Below the pieces are notes generated by a model. The model worked only from the letters and a program-made list of their open reading frames with translations, was not told the DNA's origin and made no database searches. Shown piece after piece: positions 11,149 to 22,738 of a DNA stretch of 60,284 bases (position 1 is its first letter; every line of letters starts with the position of its first letter). Source of the DNA: Guillardia theta CCMP2712 (Eukaryota; Protista; Cryptophyta); assembly GCF_000315625.1 (NCBI RefSeq), contig NW_005434644.1, positions 642,434 through 702,717 of the forward strand. The letters run 5' to 3'. The position numbers were made by a program, and so were the translations under genes.

Positions 11149-14100
11149 TTAAAGGAAGAGCTTGTAATGGACCTTCAACCAGATCACGGTTCCGCGCATG
11201 ACCCGATACCACCATGCCCGCTTTGGAAGTCCCTTCTTGTCCTGTTCGAGCCTGTTGATCAGCCAATCCAACCTGAAAGACCGTGAGGGGATCACAAGAC
11301 AACAACTCATTTCACCTCTCATGTCCGTTCTTCTTGTTGAAGTCGATTCTATCCTGGTTCTTGTTCTTGGTCGCGATCCGCAGGCCCCTTCGGAACTCAC
11401 GCATGGAGTAATACTTGTACCAGAACATGTGACGGAAGCTCCAGATGTAGCGCCGAGATGCCTTCTTGTACTTGGACATGCGATCCTCCCACTTCTTGGC
11501 GTAGTCGTCATAGATTTTCACGAGCTTTCCGCGATATTCCTTCATCTTGGCCCCATCGCAGTTTCCGGAGAACCAGCACTGCAACGAGCGAGTTAGTTCA
11601 GTCACGCCAGGTGAGACTTTGTTACCTTGTGCTCTTCTTGTCTCAAAGTCCTCAAGATGTCTGTGTAGGTCTCTCTTCCTTCATAGAGCTTCCAGTATCG
11701 GTCTACAAGCCGATATCCCACGGTTCCCGACTTTATCTTGCTTCTCCAGTATTGGATGCGCCTGGTGAACACCTTGCGCCATCTTGATCGCCAATTTGTC
11801 CAGGCGTTGATGCTACGCTCAAGAGCATTGTACTGAGAAGTTCCGGGTTTTGTGAAGACTCGCTGCCTCTTCCTTGTAAATCTGATCCACCATCCCATCC
11901 AGTACAGCATGCGCCCTTGGTATCGCATCATCCTGTAGTAGTCTCGACGCCATCGTTTGTCTCCTGCGGGTCTAGTGTGCGCTACTGCATTTCTCCAGCG
12001 CACCATTCTCTTCACGTAGAATTGCCACATCCGGAGCCAGTACTTCCACACCCGTGCGTAAACCCTCATGTATTCTCTGGAGTGATACTTGTACGACCAC
12101 AGCGAGGACCTGGTCCTGGCGGAGCTTCTCTTGGAGTAGGAGGATCGCCACCTCAGATACGCCTTCTTCTTGTACCTTGCCCAGCGGTACCAGCGATACC
12201 AGTACCTCCACCAGCGCGATCGTCGGTTAAGTTCGTGCAGTCGCTGGTGCAGTTTTAAGATCATTGTGTTGTAGATGGCGTACATCTGATATCGAGACTT
12301 CTTGTATTCTCGCCAGAGCTTCTTGTAGAAGTAGGAACTCCTGTCTACACCTCCATACTTCATCATCCATCGGCTCCAGAACGACCGCCTCCGCAGCACG
12401 TACCACCTGTAGTAGGAGTACCACAACATACGGCGGAAGTAGTAACGGTACTGTCTAGATCGTTTGTGCTTTCGCTCTGCAAGAACCTTCTTCGAGTAAT
12501 CGTTCTCGCGCTTCTCAAGGATATCCATCACGCTCTCTTCTGATCGCCTCATTTCTTTCCAGGCCTTGAGGAATTCTTCATCCTTGTATCCCTTCTTGCG
12601 CACCGCCCACCAGCTGCGTTCCAACTTGTACATATCTCTAAGGGGCTGGCGATAGTTCGCGGATCGTTCGCTGTATCGAGAGTAATACCTTTCCCAGTAC
12701 TTGTACGCTGCCGAGCTCTTGGGCAGCTTGCCGACCCACGTCTTCACTGTGCTCAAAAACTGCTGTTGCGCCTGCTTCTTCTTCTCTCGCACCTTGTCCA
12801 TTTCGCCGCGGATCTTCTTGTAGTCATCGCTCGACGTTGAGTACATGTGACTCCATTTCTTGTGGAAGTTGATCCACCAGGCATACCAGTGAAGCAAGCG
12901 CCTGTTGTACGACCTGTAGTGATACATGGCATGCCGCCAGTGGTAATATCCTGGACGATACTTATCCAACTTCTTCTTCCAATATTCCATTCGCCCCTCG
13001 TAGAACTGCAACACTCGGTTGTAGTACTTCTCGATGTGCTCTCTAGCTTTGTTCGACTGTTCGTACCCCACCTTGAGGTTGTAGAATCGATGAAACCAGT
13101 AGTATGCTCTTCTTCGTGACCTGTATCGAGTTCTTGCTCGAGCTCTTCCTAGTCGCTTGGTGCTCCATCGATACCACGCGTAACACCAATTCCATTCTCT
13201 TCCACGCTTACGAATTTGTGACATTCGAGTCTTGGTGAAGTGAGCGATATCCTTGTAATCATCTCGCAAAACACTCCTTGCCTTGTGGAGCTTTCCACGA
13301 GCTTCGTTTCTCTCAGACCCACGCAATCTGCGGACAAGCCAGTTCTTGTACCAAACATCCCACATGTGGACACGCATTCCTTTCCACTTGTAGATAGCGT
13401 AAAATCTGAAGTACCTAGTGTAATTTCTGCTGCGTTTGGACAAATTCTTCAGCTTGGCTTCATAAGATTCCCACTTTTGTTTGTACCAATCGTAGACTTT
13501 GTCTCTGAGGCCTTCAACTGTTGGTTCATATTTCTTCCATCGTTCCGAGCCGGCTTTTGAACGAACAGTGTAATACATGGCATAGTAATACTCTCGCCAC
13601 AAACTTCTGAAATCTTTCCTGGACTGATAAGCGCTTTGCCTGTTCTTGAGGGATTGGTAGGCCTTCCCTTTAGAATTGTACTTCTTGAGCTTCTCAGACC
13701 AATACTCCAAACGCTTCAGGTAACTGTGTCGGAGATTTTTCCTCCACGTTTGCCAGCGTTGAATTTGGATCTCAAGCTTCTTGTAGCCGTTGGTGCCCGA
13801 CTTGTAGTATCTCTGACGATGTTGCAAGAACCGAATCCACCACTTCCCCCAGTTGATGAGGCGAGCCCAATACAGCCTGTAGTAGTAGAACGATCTCCTC
13901 CATCGATGCGAGCCAGGACGGTACTTGTATAGCCTTGCCCTCCACCACACCATCTTCCGAACATAATAGTGCCAAACTCGTTGCCATCGTTTCCAGATTC
14001 GTTGTACATAGATTCGATAACTGCGACTTCCCACCTTCATTTGCCACACTCTTCTGCGATATCTCTTCGATTTGCTCTTCAACATGGACCTCCAGATGGA

Positions 14101-16893
14101 GCGGTAACGAGAGTACCATGAAGTAGTCCACCTGTGCCATCTCCACCAGTATCGATAGGCTCTACCACCTCGTCTGCAAACCTTGAGGTGCTTCTTCAGT
14201 TCTGTCTTCATGTCTCCGAGGTACTCCAGCATGGTCTTCATGTGCTTGTATCTCAACCTCGTCACTTGGGCTCGTAGAGCGGAGCCCTTGCGCAACCTGG
14301 CTGCCCGTTTGTAATCAAACCAGACCATACGTCTATAGACCCATAGGACATAGTAACGCCACCACATGTGGTACTTCCAGTAGTGCTCATACCTGTGAGA
14401 TCCTTTCTTCAAAGATCCAAGTTTCTTGTTGTAATCGTCTACTTGATCTTTGAAAAACTTCAAGACCGGAGTTCTCCATTTTCTCATCTTGTACAGCACT
14501 TCTCTGGAATCCTTGCTTCCTGCCTTAGTCGACCAAAATTTTCTCTCCCACTCCATCCACTTGTGATAGTTTGAGCGCCAAGTTTTCGTTTGTTTTCTCC
14601 GCTCTCTGGAAGCTGCCAGACGTCGTGCCGCTTTGCTATCCTTCTTGGACTTCAGCTTTTCGTTGTACTCCTTGACAGTTTTGTAATAAGATTGAATCCA
14701 ATCTCTTCTTGCCTTTTCATATGTTTCAATGTCTTTGGTCACTGATTTGTACATGTCGGGATAACGTTTGAGATATCGCCTTCTCCTCTTCATGAAACGA
14801 ATGTACCACCAGTACCAACGGTAGCCTCTCCATACGTATCTTCTCCAATGATAGTACGCATGCAACCAACGAGAGCTTCCAAGCTTTCTCTTCTCAAGAT
14901 GACCCTTCCAATACGCTTCCCATTTCTGATAAATGGCATTTATCTTCTTCCACCTTGCATCGATCCTTTCGATGTACTTCTTGTACTTGTCACTTGTGAC
15001 CTTATACTTCCAAACTCGACGCTTATTCCGCAGAGCTCTTCTCTTGTCCCTAGTTCGTCTGGCCGCGAGCATTCGTCCGTACCATCGAGATGCATGGTGA
15101 TATCGACGATACCAATAATTGTAACCATGCGAACCCTTCTTGTAACACTTCCAAATCTTCTTATACCTCACAGCCAAAGCCTTGTATGAATCAGAAGTCT
15201 TCTTTTTGATCTCACGGAGTTCCTTGGAAATTTCTTTATACTCGTTGGTATGGCGACCCATTGATCGTCTTAGTCGACCCAACCACGACACATACGCGCG
15301 ATACATTCTGAACAGGCGTTTTCGATACAACCTAATGTAACGGAACCCTCGGTAGTATTTTGTGGTGCATTCTTTCTGTCCATCGGTGTACTTTGTCCAT
15401 CGCTCAGAACCTGCTTCATACGTTTTGATCAACTGCTCAAACCTGTGTTTGGCTTTTTCAATCGCCTTTTTGTAGTCCTTGCTCCCTCTGCGATACTTTC
15501 TGGACTTTGCGACATTTCTTCGATATCTTACATATCGCTGACGTGCCTTCTGAAGCTTCTCATTGCGTTCAAGGTCTGCAGAGAGCCGTTTGTGGGCTTT
15601 GCTTGACTTGTCAATTTTCTTCAGCCACTCTTGATTTTTTTCAATTAGCATTTTTTGAAAATTTGAGTTTCGCTCACGATTCGTTTTGATTTCCTTGGTC
15701 AGCGACTCATAACTTCCGCACTTCTTGTTCTTATCCGTGCACTTAGGATACACACGTCGACGTTTGATCAAGAATCTGATCCATCTTGAGTACCAACCTT
15801 TGAGTCTTCGAGCATATTTTGCATATTCAGAGTAGGTTTTCAACCATTCATCACTTCCAGGCGATTTGGAAGAGCTCAATTGTTGGCTGTACTCTGTCAT
15901 CTTCTTGCTGTAACCCCTCTCCAGACGTTTCATGTTTCGAACAATAACACTGAGGTAACGGGAATATGCGGTATTCGTAGGACGGTATGCCCAAAACCTC
16001 TTCATGGTTTGGCGGAGTGCCTGTCGAGAATCTGCACGCGCCTTCTGGTTCATCTCCTTCCTTTTTACACCAGTTGCAGCTGTACACATGTTAGAGACAA
16101 GTACATCCAACAAAATTCAATACGTACATGTTTGGCTTGAGCCAGAACTACTGCTGCCTGTCTTCCCGCTGGCAGTGTTTCCTCCACCAGTGGATCCCTG
16201 ACCCGAGGATGAAGAACCCGATCCCTTGCCCGAGGAAGAAGAACCCGATCCCTTGCCCGCGGAAGAAGAGCCCGTGCCAGACGACGAAGACGAGGAACTT
16301 GATGAAGAGGACGAGGACGAAGAGGCTGACGACGACGACGAGCTTCTGCCTCCATTCGAACCTGAACTAGCTGATCCACCTTGATCAGTTCCTGGATAGC
16401 CGTAGATGATGATTTTGGAATCCTTCGAAACAGTGTTGCCGGATAAGAAGAAGCCGCTGTTTTGAATGTTGCTGTTAGCACCACATGGGCATTTGGAACA
16501 ACCACATTCATCCGATTTTGAAGACTTATCAGTTGACTTCAGAGAAATGAAAGGCAACTTTGGCACTTTCATCTCTATGGTTCCACCATTTGTCTGCACA
16601 CGAGCAGCCCTTGATTTGAATGAGATGGCAGGCTGCTCAGTGTGTCCTTGATCACGGTCGCCTTTGGTAAGCCCAAGAAGCGCTGTTCTTGATGTTTGCG
16701 AGGTTGCATGTAGGGTACCCTTGGCTACGAGCAGGAGAACCAGACAAGCACTTAAGCATGCTAGAGCAGCATGGCCTAGGCGACGCAATCTGATCCTGGT
16801 TCCAAAACGATGAAATTAGTTTAGATCGTGACATATCACACGATATCAGATACTAATCAATGAAAGACGTTGATACCATGAGCATATTCTCAT
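11149..16893 (-). CDS. Giant (~1841 aa) Arg/Lys/Trp/Tyr-rich repeat protein with N-terminal signal peptide/anchor and Ser/Gly linker; unknown family
   Basis: In-frame model: exons 16893-16877, 16795-16128, 16079-11626, 11578-11316 and 11272-11149, joined by GT-AG introns of 81, 48, 47 and 43 nt; total 5526 nt. The 4.45-kb central exon is open. Exon 1 is the least certain part. Confidence 0.9.
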
Positions 16894-18094
16894 GAGCAAA
16901 GGAGCATGAACATAAAATCTGATAAATCAAACAAGGTGCTGATATTACGAGCAGCACAGAGACAAGCAAAAGCACTCAGCTCCACTGAATGCTTCTGTAT
17001 TTCGTCAACCTCATATCATACACAAAGTTTCAAGAGAAAGGTAGGGGGGTTTCAGGAGGGAAGCATCGCTCCTCACCTTTTAGGAAGGAATGGCGGCGCC
17101 GTATGCGGCGCCGCCCCCAGCATTGCGAAGAGGCAGAGCTAATATGGATCCGGCCAAGAGGCGTTCTGCAAAACTACCGTGACACACCCCCTTTTCTCCC
17201 CGATAAATAACCCCTCCAATTTCCATTTGGAGCACAACCCCTCCCTGCCTGCCGGTACAAATGATCACAACTTCTACTAGTGTATACCACCCCTGTGTTC
17301 AGACCCCTACCCACCCTCTCCTGCTCTTCCACTGTTCATCTCCACCTCACTGAAAACCACCCCTGTCCATTCCGGCAATGCTCATTTCGCACCTAAATGT
17401 CTCCACCCCTACCCCTATTTTAACTATTAAGTACCTACTGTTGACCACACATTTTATTACCCCAAGGAGTTCAGACCCCCACCGGTTGTACCCCAGGGCA
17501 TGATTCCTACTCCGATTTGAGTTCCCAGAAGGTTGACGAAGCTGCCAAATGTGGTATACCGGGTGGTCAGAATGTGGGGGGTGGGTGGTCCACAATCCAG
17601 TCTGAGGCGGCACTGGATGGGTGAGTGAATATTGATAGATGCCTGAATCGAGAAAAGCAGACACTAGAGCACATCACTTGTGCCCTGACGGCGTCTGAGG
17701 TCATTCATTCAGATTTCAGGTGTGTTATAAAAGTGTAGTTGTTAGAAACTTATTTATATAAGAGTTTATGGTACTAATTACATGGATATATACTTCTGGT
17801 ACAAAGCAGAGTACCGCTAAACGAGTCGGAGGGTCGGTAAAGTCGGAACACCTCTACTGTCATTTACCCTTTCAAAAACTTTTACCGCCTGGTTGAGTAA
17901 ACAGGAATCCGCTGCACCCAACTTGGCAACTTAAATTTCAGTTATAAAGGGCAACAGGTTTATGGGAAAGCTGAAAATTTTTAAATCTCACAACTAACTT
18001 TCAACTACTAGTACAGTACAGCTAGTAGTGTTCGATCTTTACTCAAAGTTCGATCACGCAAAGTGATAGTACTGAGTTAAAAATCACTATGACT

Positions 18095-19090
18095 CACCGG
18101 GACGATTGAATCCGGAGTACGGTAGTAGCCTAGTAGAGCGGCCGGGCCGCACTGCCGGCCAGTTTTGATCATCATCCCGGCGATCGGACCCTGACACCGA
18201 GTCCGGCTGTCCGACGCACAGGCCCGGCCGCCGGGCGAGAAGAGAAAAAACAGCCTGGCAGCGCCGGACAGGCTCAGACTGAAGATTTCAAACTGAACCT
18301 GAAATCAAGTTGCCACCCGGCGTATTCCGGGCCCCGCTTCGCGTCCGATCTGACCGTGCCGTGGCAAGCAGTGAGACTCGAGACTCCCCGGCGACGGTCC
18401 CGGGGCCCGGGCGATCATGGCCGGGCAGTGAGCACGGGCGCCGGGCGGCACTCAGTGAAGCTTTGAAGGCTTGCCCGGCGAGACCCGGTGACCCGGTGAC
18501 CGTCAGGCTGATCATCCGGAAGGCTTGCCGGGGTGACGGGTCCAGTGCGCAACCACGATGGCAGGTCACAGTGGAATCCGCGGCGGGCTTCGCGAGTTTG
18601 TCCAGCACATTATCTTCGTGATCCGGGAGCGCCCGGCGATCCGAGGCTCGGATGATCGGCGGCTCCCGGCGCCCGGCGGGGCCCGTTCAATGCACTTGAA
18701 TTGCCTGGCCCGGCGGAGTGACAGTGCCGCGCCTGCCGTGACGGCGTACTTGCCAGTGCCAGCGGCTGATCAGGACTGACTAGTTTAAAGTTAACTTCGA
18801 GCAAAAAGTTCAAACTCTGACCGTCACGGACTTCAGGGCCCGTCAGTAACCGTATAGTACTGGCCCTAACTTGAGTTGAACTTGAGTGACGGTGGCACCG
18901 CCGGCCCGGGCGTCACGGCCCGTGGCACGCAGTCCGAGTCGCCGGGGGACTCGGAGTCCGATGGTCGGTCCGGGCCCTCAGTCATCATCGGCCCGGCCGC
19001 CCGGGCGAGTCGGCAGTCCGAGAGTCTGACTGCTGAGCCGGCACTGCGTGAGTCACTTCCCGGTCCGACTCCGAGGGCTCGTGGATCGGA
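18095..19090. other. GC/CpG-rich non-coding island dense in CCGG, CCCGGG, GCCGGC and GAGTC/GACTC words
   Basis: The word composition differs from all flanking DNA. ORFs on both strands are Pro/Gly/Arg/Ala compositional artefacts. An AT-rich block (17700-18090) lies immediately upstream. Confidence 0.6.
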
Positions 19091-19298
19091 TTCATTTTAA
19101 CTTAACTTTGAGTAAAGGACCATGGAACTAGGTTCGCTGTAGAGTCGCATCGAGAGCGGGGATGACCTGATGACTCCCTCAAGGCGCGCAGGATGCGGAG
19201 TGAGAGAGATGGCTGAGACCGACCCTCATGCTCCTCCTCGTGCTCTCCTCGCCTTGCTCACTTGACAGCATCGTGGGATCCGATCGGTTGAGTAGGCC

Positions 19299-22200
19299 AT
19301 GGCGAGTCTGTACGCTCGGATAATGTCGTTAGGTGATGGGAGTGAAGGCACTGGACCGGCCGTCTGCTTGTCAGTTTTGAGGAGGGCGCAGTACAGCAAC
19401 GACGAGAAGCCGCTCATGCAGGTGCTCGTCAACTGCGGCGAGTGTGCATGCCGCATCCTGAACGAGACGCGGACCAAGTTGAGTAGAGTGAGCCACGTCC
19501 TTGTCACCCGCTGCGAGCCCACGAGGATCTCAGGCATCTCGAGCTTGCTGTTCCACCTCAGTGATAAGGGTAGTGCGAGCCTTTCTTTCGTTGGTCCAAC
19601 CCCCCTCCACTCCTACATCGAGACCGTGAGAACTTTCGTCAGGCGGCGTTTCCCAGAGATTGAAGTCGCCGAAGTCGGAGCAGAAGGAGACAAAGGTTTT
19701 GCCTTCAACAGCTCATCTGATGATCCAGATACCTTTGCCTGGGCACAGAGCCGAGCCCCACACACTGGAGTTTCAATCCACGCGATCCCGATGACAGCAA
19801 CGTCGAACAAACGCCAGAAAACCTTGCATGGAGACTGCATCGAAAACAGTTCTTCAAGGTCAAGACCAGTGTTATCATATGCGTTCCTCATTCGGGGCCC
19901 TCCACCTCAACCGCACAAAGATTCTGATGCGAATGCAACCAGGCAGACTTTGTTTGTTGTTGTGGATCATGCAGATGAGCAGGTTGATGCGAGCCAAGTG
20001 TGTCAGGCGATCACGTCTTGGCTAGAGCAGATGGAGATGAAATCAAAAGACGGAAAGTTGAGAGACGATCTGCATCAGAGAGTCATGTTGCACTTGGGTA
20101 CCAGGAGCGTCTTGGAAAGTGCAGAATTCCGGAGTCTGAGAGAACGTGATGTGTTCCAGTTATTCCAACACGTTGAGTTGTGTACAAATGAGGCAAGCTC
20201 TGGGCCTTGTGCTGTGGAGAAAGAGGAAATCGAGATGATCCTTGACACAGGTCGCTCACATGAAATATGATCTTTCTTCTCTTCTCTGCTGTTTGTCTGA
20301 CAGGTTTTCCTTTCCAGACGTCAAGAACAGCACTTTTTCCACTTTCTTTCCCTCCTACTGTCGGCAAAACCTCATGCTGCACAGAGCAGAGCCTTGGTTA
20401 TTTCCTTTCTCGCATGCTTCTAAGCACAAAAATCCATCAGAAGACGACTCAGCCAGTCTGTCTCCTTTGGCAGTTATGCAAATATTCCCCAAATGTGTCA
20501 GTGAGCACAGCCAAGGTGCGCTGGTTCGCTCAGAAGAGTGTGAGCTCGCAGAAATGTCCAGGGGGAGAGTCGTCGACCTCAGTGAAGGTGATGTGAAGTG
20601 TCTGATGTCAAGGTTGTTGTCTGACGCGGGGGAAAGAGGGTGGCAGGAACAAGCCAAGCTCGTCCTCTAACAAGCTTGCGGCCTTGAACATGAAGAGAGA
20701 GCTCCGAGGGCTCCCTCCCCTCCCCTCCCTTCCTCCCTCAGAGGGAGCAGTGCAAACCAAGAGCTCTGAGCAGGAGGAAGCACAGCCCGCTGGTTACCTG
20801 GAGGAGATTGATCACCTGGTACGACAACTTCCCTCTGCCCTTGCTCTCTCTCTCAACCTCGGATCACCTTCAACCTCGGCCTCCCAGGCACAATCTGCTG
20901 CTCATCTGCAGCTCACGTACTTTACGAAACTAGGTGTTCCTCGGCACCGGTGCAGCTGCTCCCAGCAGGCTACGATCCTGCTCGGGAATTCTCCTCTCCA
21001 TCCCTGGAACCTCCGTGGGATCTCGGGAGGTAAATGGAAAGACACGAATCTTGCTGGACTGCGGGGAGGGATGTCTTTCCCGCCTCATGCAGATTGCCAG
21101 CAACGTGGGAAAACGAAATGTACGAGGGAAGTTCGGGGAGGGGAAGGGGGAGGAGGGGAGGAAGGAGACGGAAGAGGGGAAGGGGGAATGGAAAGAGAAG
21201 GGTAAGAGGAAGGTAGAGGGGAAGCTGGACGAGATCCGCTCGTGCCCAACTTGGAGGTGGCACGATTTCCTGATGGAGATCAAGATGGTTTGGATTTCTC
21301 ACATGCATGCAGACCACCACAGGTGTCACGATGTGCCACCCCTCTTGCTTCCCGCTGACGATGGCGTTGTTAGCGGCCTGCTGTCTCTTCTCTACCATCG
21401 CCTCCTCGCACAGGAATGTCCAGCTTGCAGGTCTGAAACTTTTCGGTGTGATGAAGAGGCTGAAGCAGGCGGTAGGAGGGAGACAAAACAGTTGAGGATG
21501 GAAGATCAGGGGCAGGGGCAGGAGCAGGAGGATGTTTTGATTGTCGGACCGCATGCTCTCAAGCAAGTAGTTGAAAGCTATCACCATGTCATCAGGGGGA
21601 ATTCAAGTAACTGCTGCCTCCTCTCCTCCTCCTCCCTTCTTCCTCTCCTCCCCCTTTTCCCTTGCCCCCCCCCCCTCTCCCTCCTCCTCCTCGACCACCT
21701 CTCACAAACTCTTGTACTCAGATGTCTCTGCTTCTCTTGCCTGCAAGCATTTCACTGACTGCAATCGGCACGTCCTCTTTCCTTCCTTCCACCTCAGAAG
21801 CCTCCCTGTCTTCCACAGCCACGACGCGCATGCAGCTATCCTCCGATTCCAGTCGCGCTCTAATGGCAAGGAGGAAGTGATCATTACGTACTCGGGGGAC
21901 ACACGGCCAAGCATGCAGCTGGTGGAGGAGACGATGAGGATGGTGGAGGAGCACCAGGAGGAGGAGAGGAGGAAGACTGCAGGAGGAGAGGGCGGGGGAG
22001 CGGCGAGAGCTTGTGTGCTCTTAATCCATGAGGCCACGTTCGACTCGGATCAACTCGAGCATGCAAAGAGGAAGCGACACAGCACAGTAGGGGAGGTGAG
22101 CAGTGAAATCTCCTCCTTGGGGAGTGCAGGGGGGAAGAGGAGGTGGAAGTGACAGTCCGCAGGCCATCCAGGTTGGCGAGCAACTTCGAGAGCGGCTGAG

Positions 22201-22657
22201 GAGGAGGATGGGGATGAGGTACAGCGCCCGACCCTGTGCTGCATGCTCACGTCGTCCTCAGCCGCCTCTGCTACGGCACCATCCTCTCGCACTTCAGTCA
22301 GCGCTACCCCAACATCTTCTCCCTCGATCTCACTGCCGGTCCCTCCCCCCCCTGTGCGAGGTGTTGCTGACAGTGCTCTGCAGGGTCTGCACCCTCGACC
22401 ACAACAATCGCAGCCGCTGCCACTACCACCACTGCTGCCACTTCCTCCTCGTCCTCCCCTCCTCTAGCTGTCCCTGTCATGCTTGCCTCCGACGGACTCT
22501 TCCTGCCTCTGGAGTTCGAGAGGATGCGGCAGGAAAGAGTGCGTCTGCTCCGGCTCTCGTTCTTACTCATCGGCAGGTGTTCGATCGCTCCGCCCTCCTA
22601 CTTGACAGACTGGCCAAAGTGAAGGAGGCGATGAAAGACAGCAAGGGAGAAGGATGA
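19299..22657 (+). CDS. TRZ1: tRNase Z, long form (ELAC2/Trz1-like)
   Basis: N-terminal pseudo-motifs (LVNCGECACR; HVLVTR...ISG). The C-terminal catalytic half has FLGTGAAAPSRLR, LLDCGEG, ISHMHADHH, YSGDTRP, LIHEATF, HST and HFSQRYP. Confidence 0.93.
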
Positions 22658-22738
22658 GGCAGCAGACGGCGGAGGACGGGAGAGGAGGAGCGTTCAATGT
22701 TATCGAAGCAGATCGCATCTCAATTTTCTTGATCACGC

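Noticed and set aside
18288-19100. Short ORFs on both strands of the CCGG island; possible transposon or CRISPR-like array
   Set aside because: There is no transposase, no terminal inverted repeat with target duplication and no constant repeat-spacer unit. The ORFs reflect high GC.
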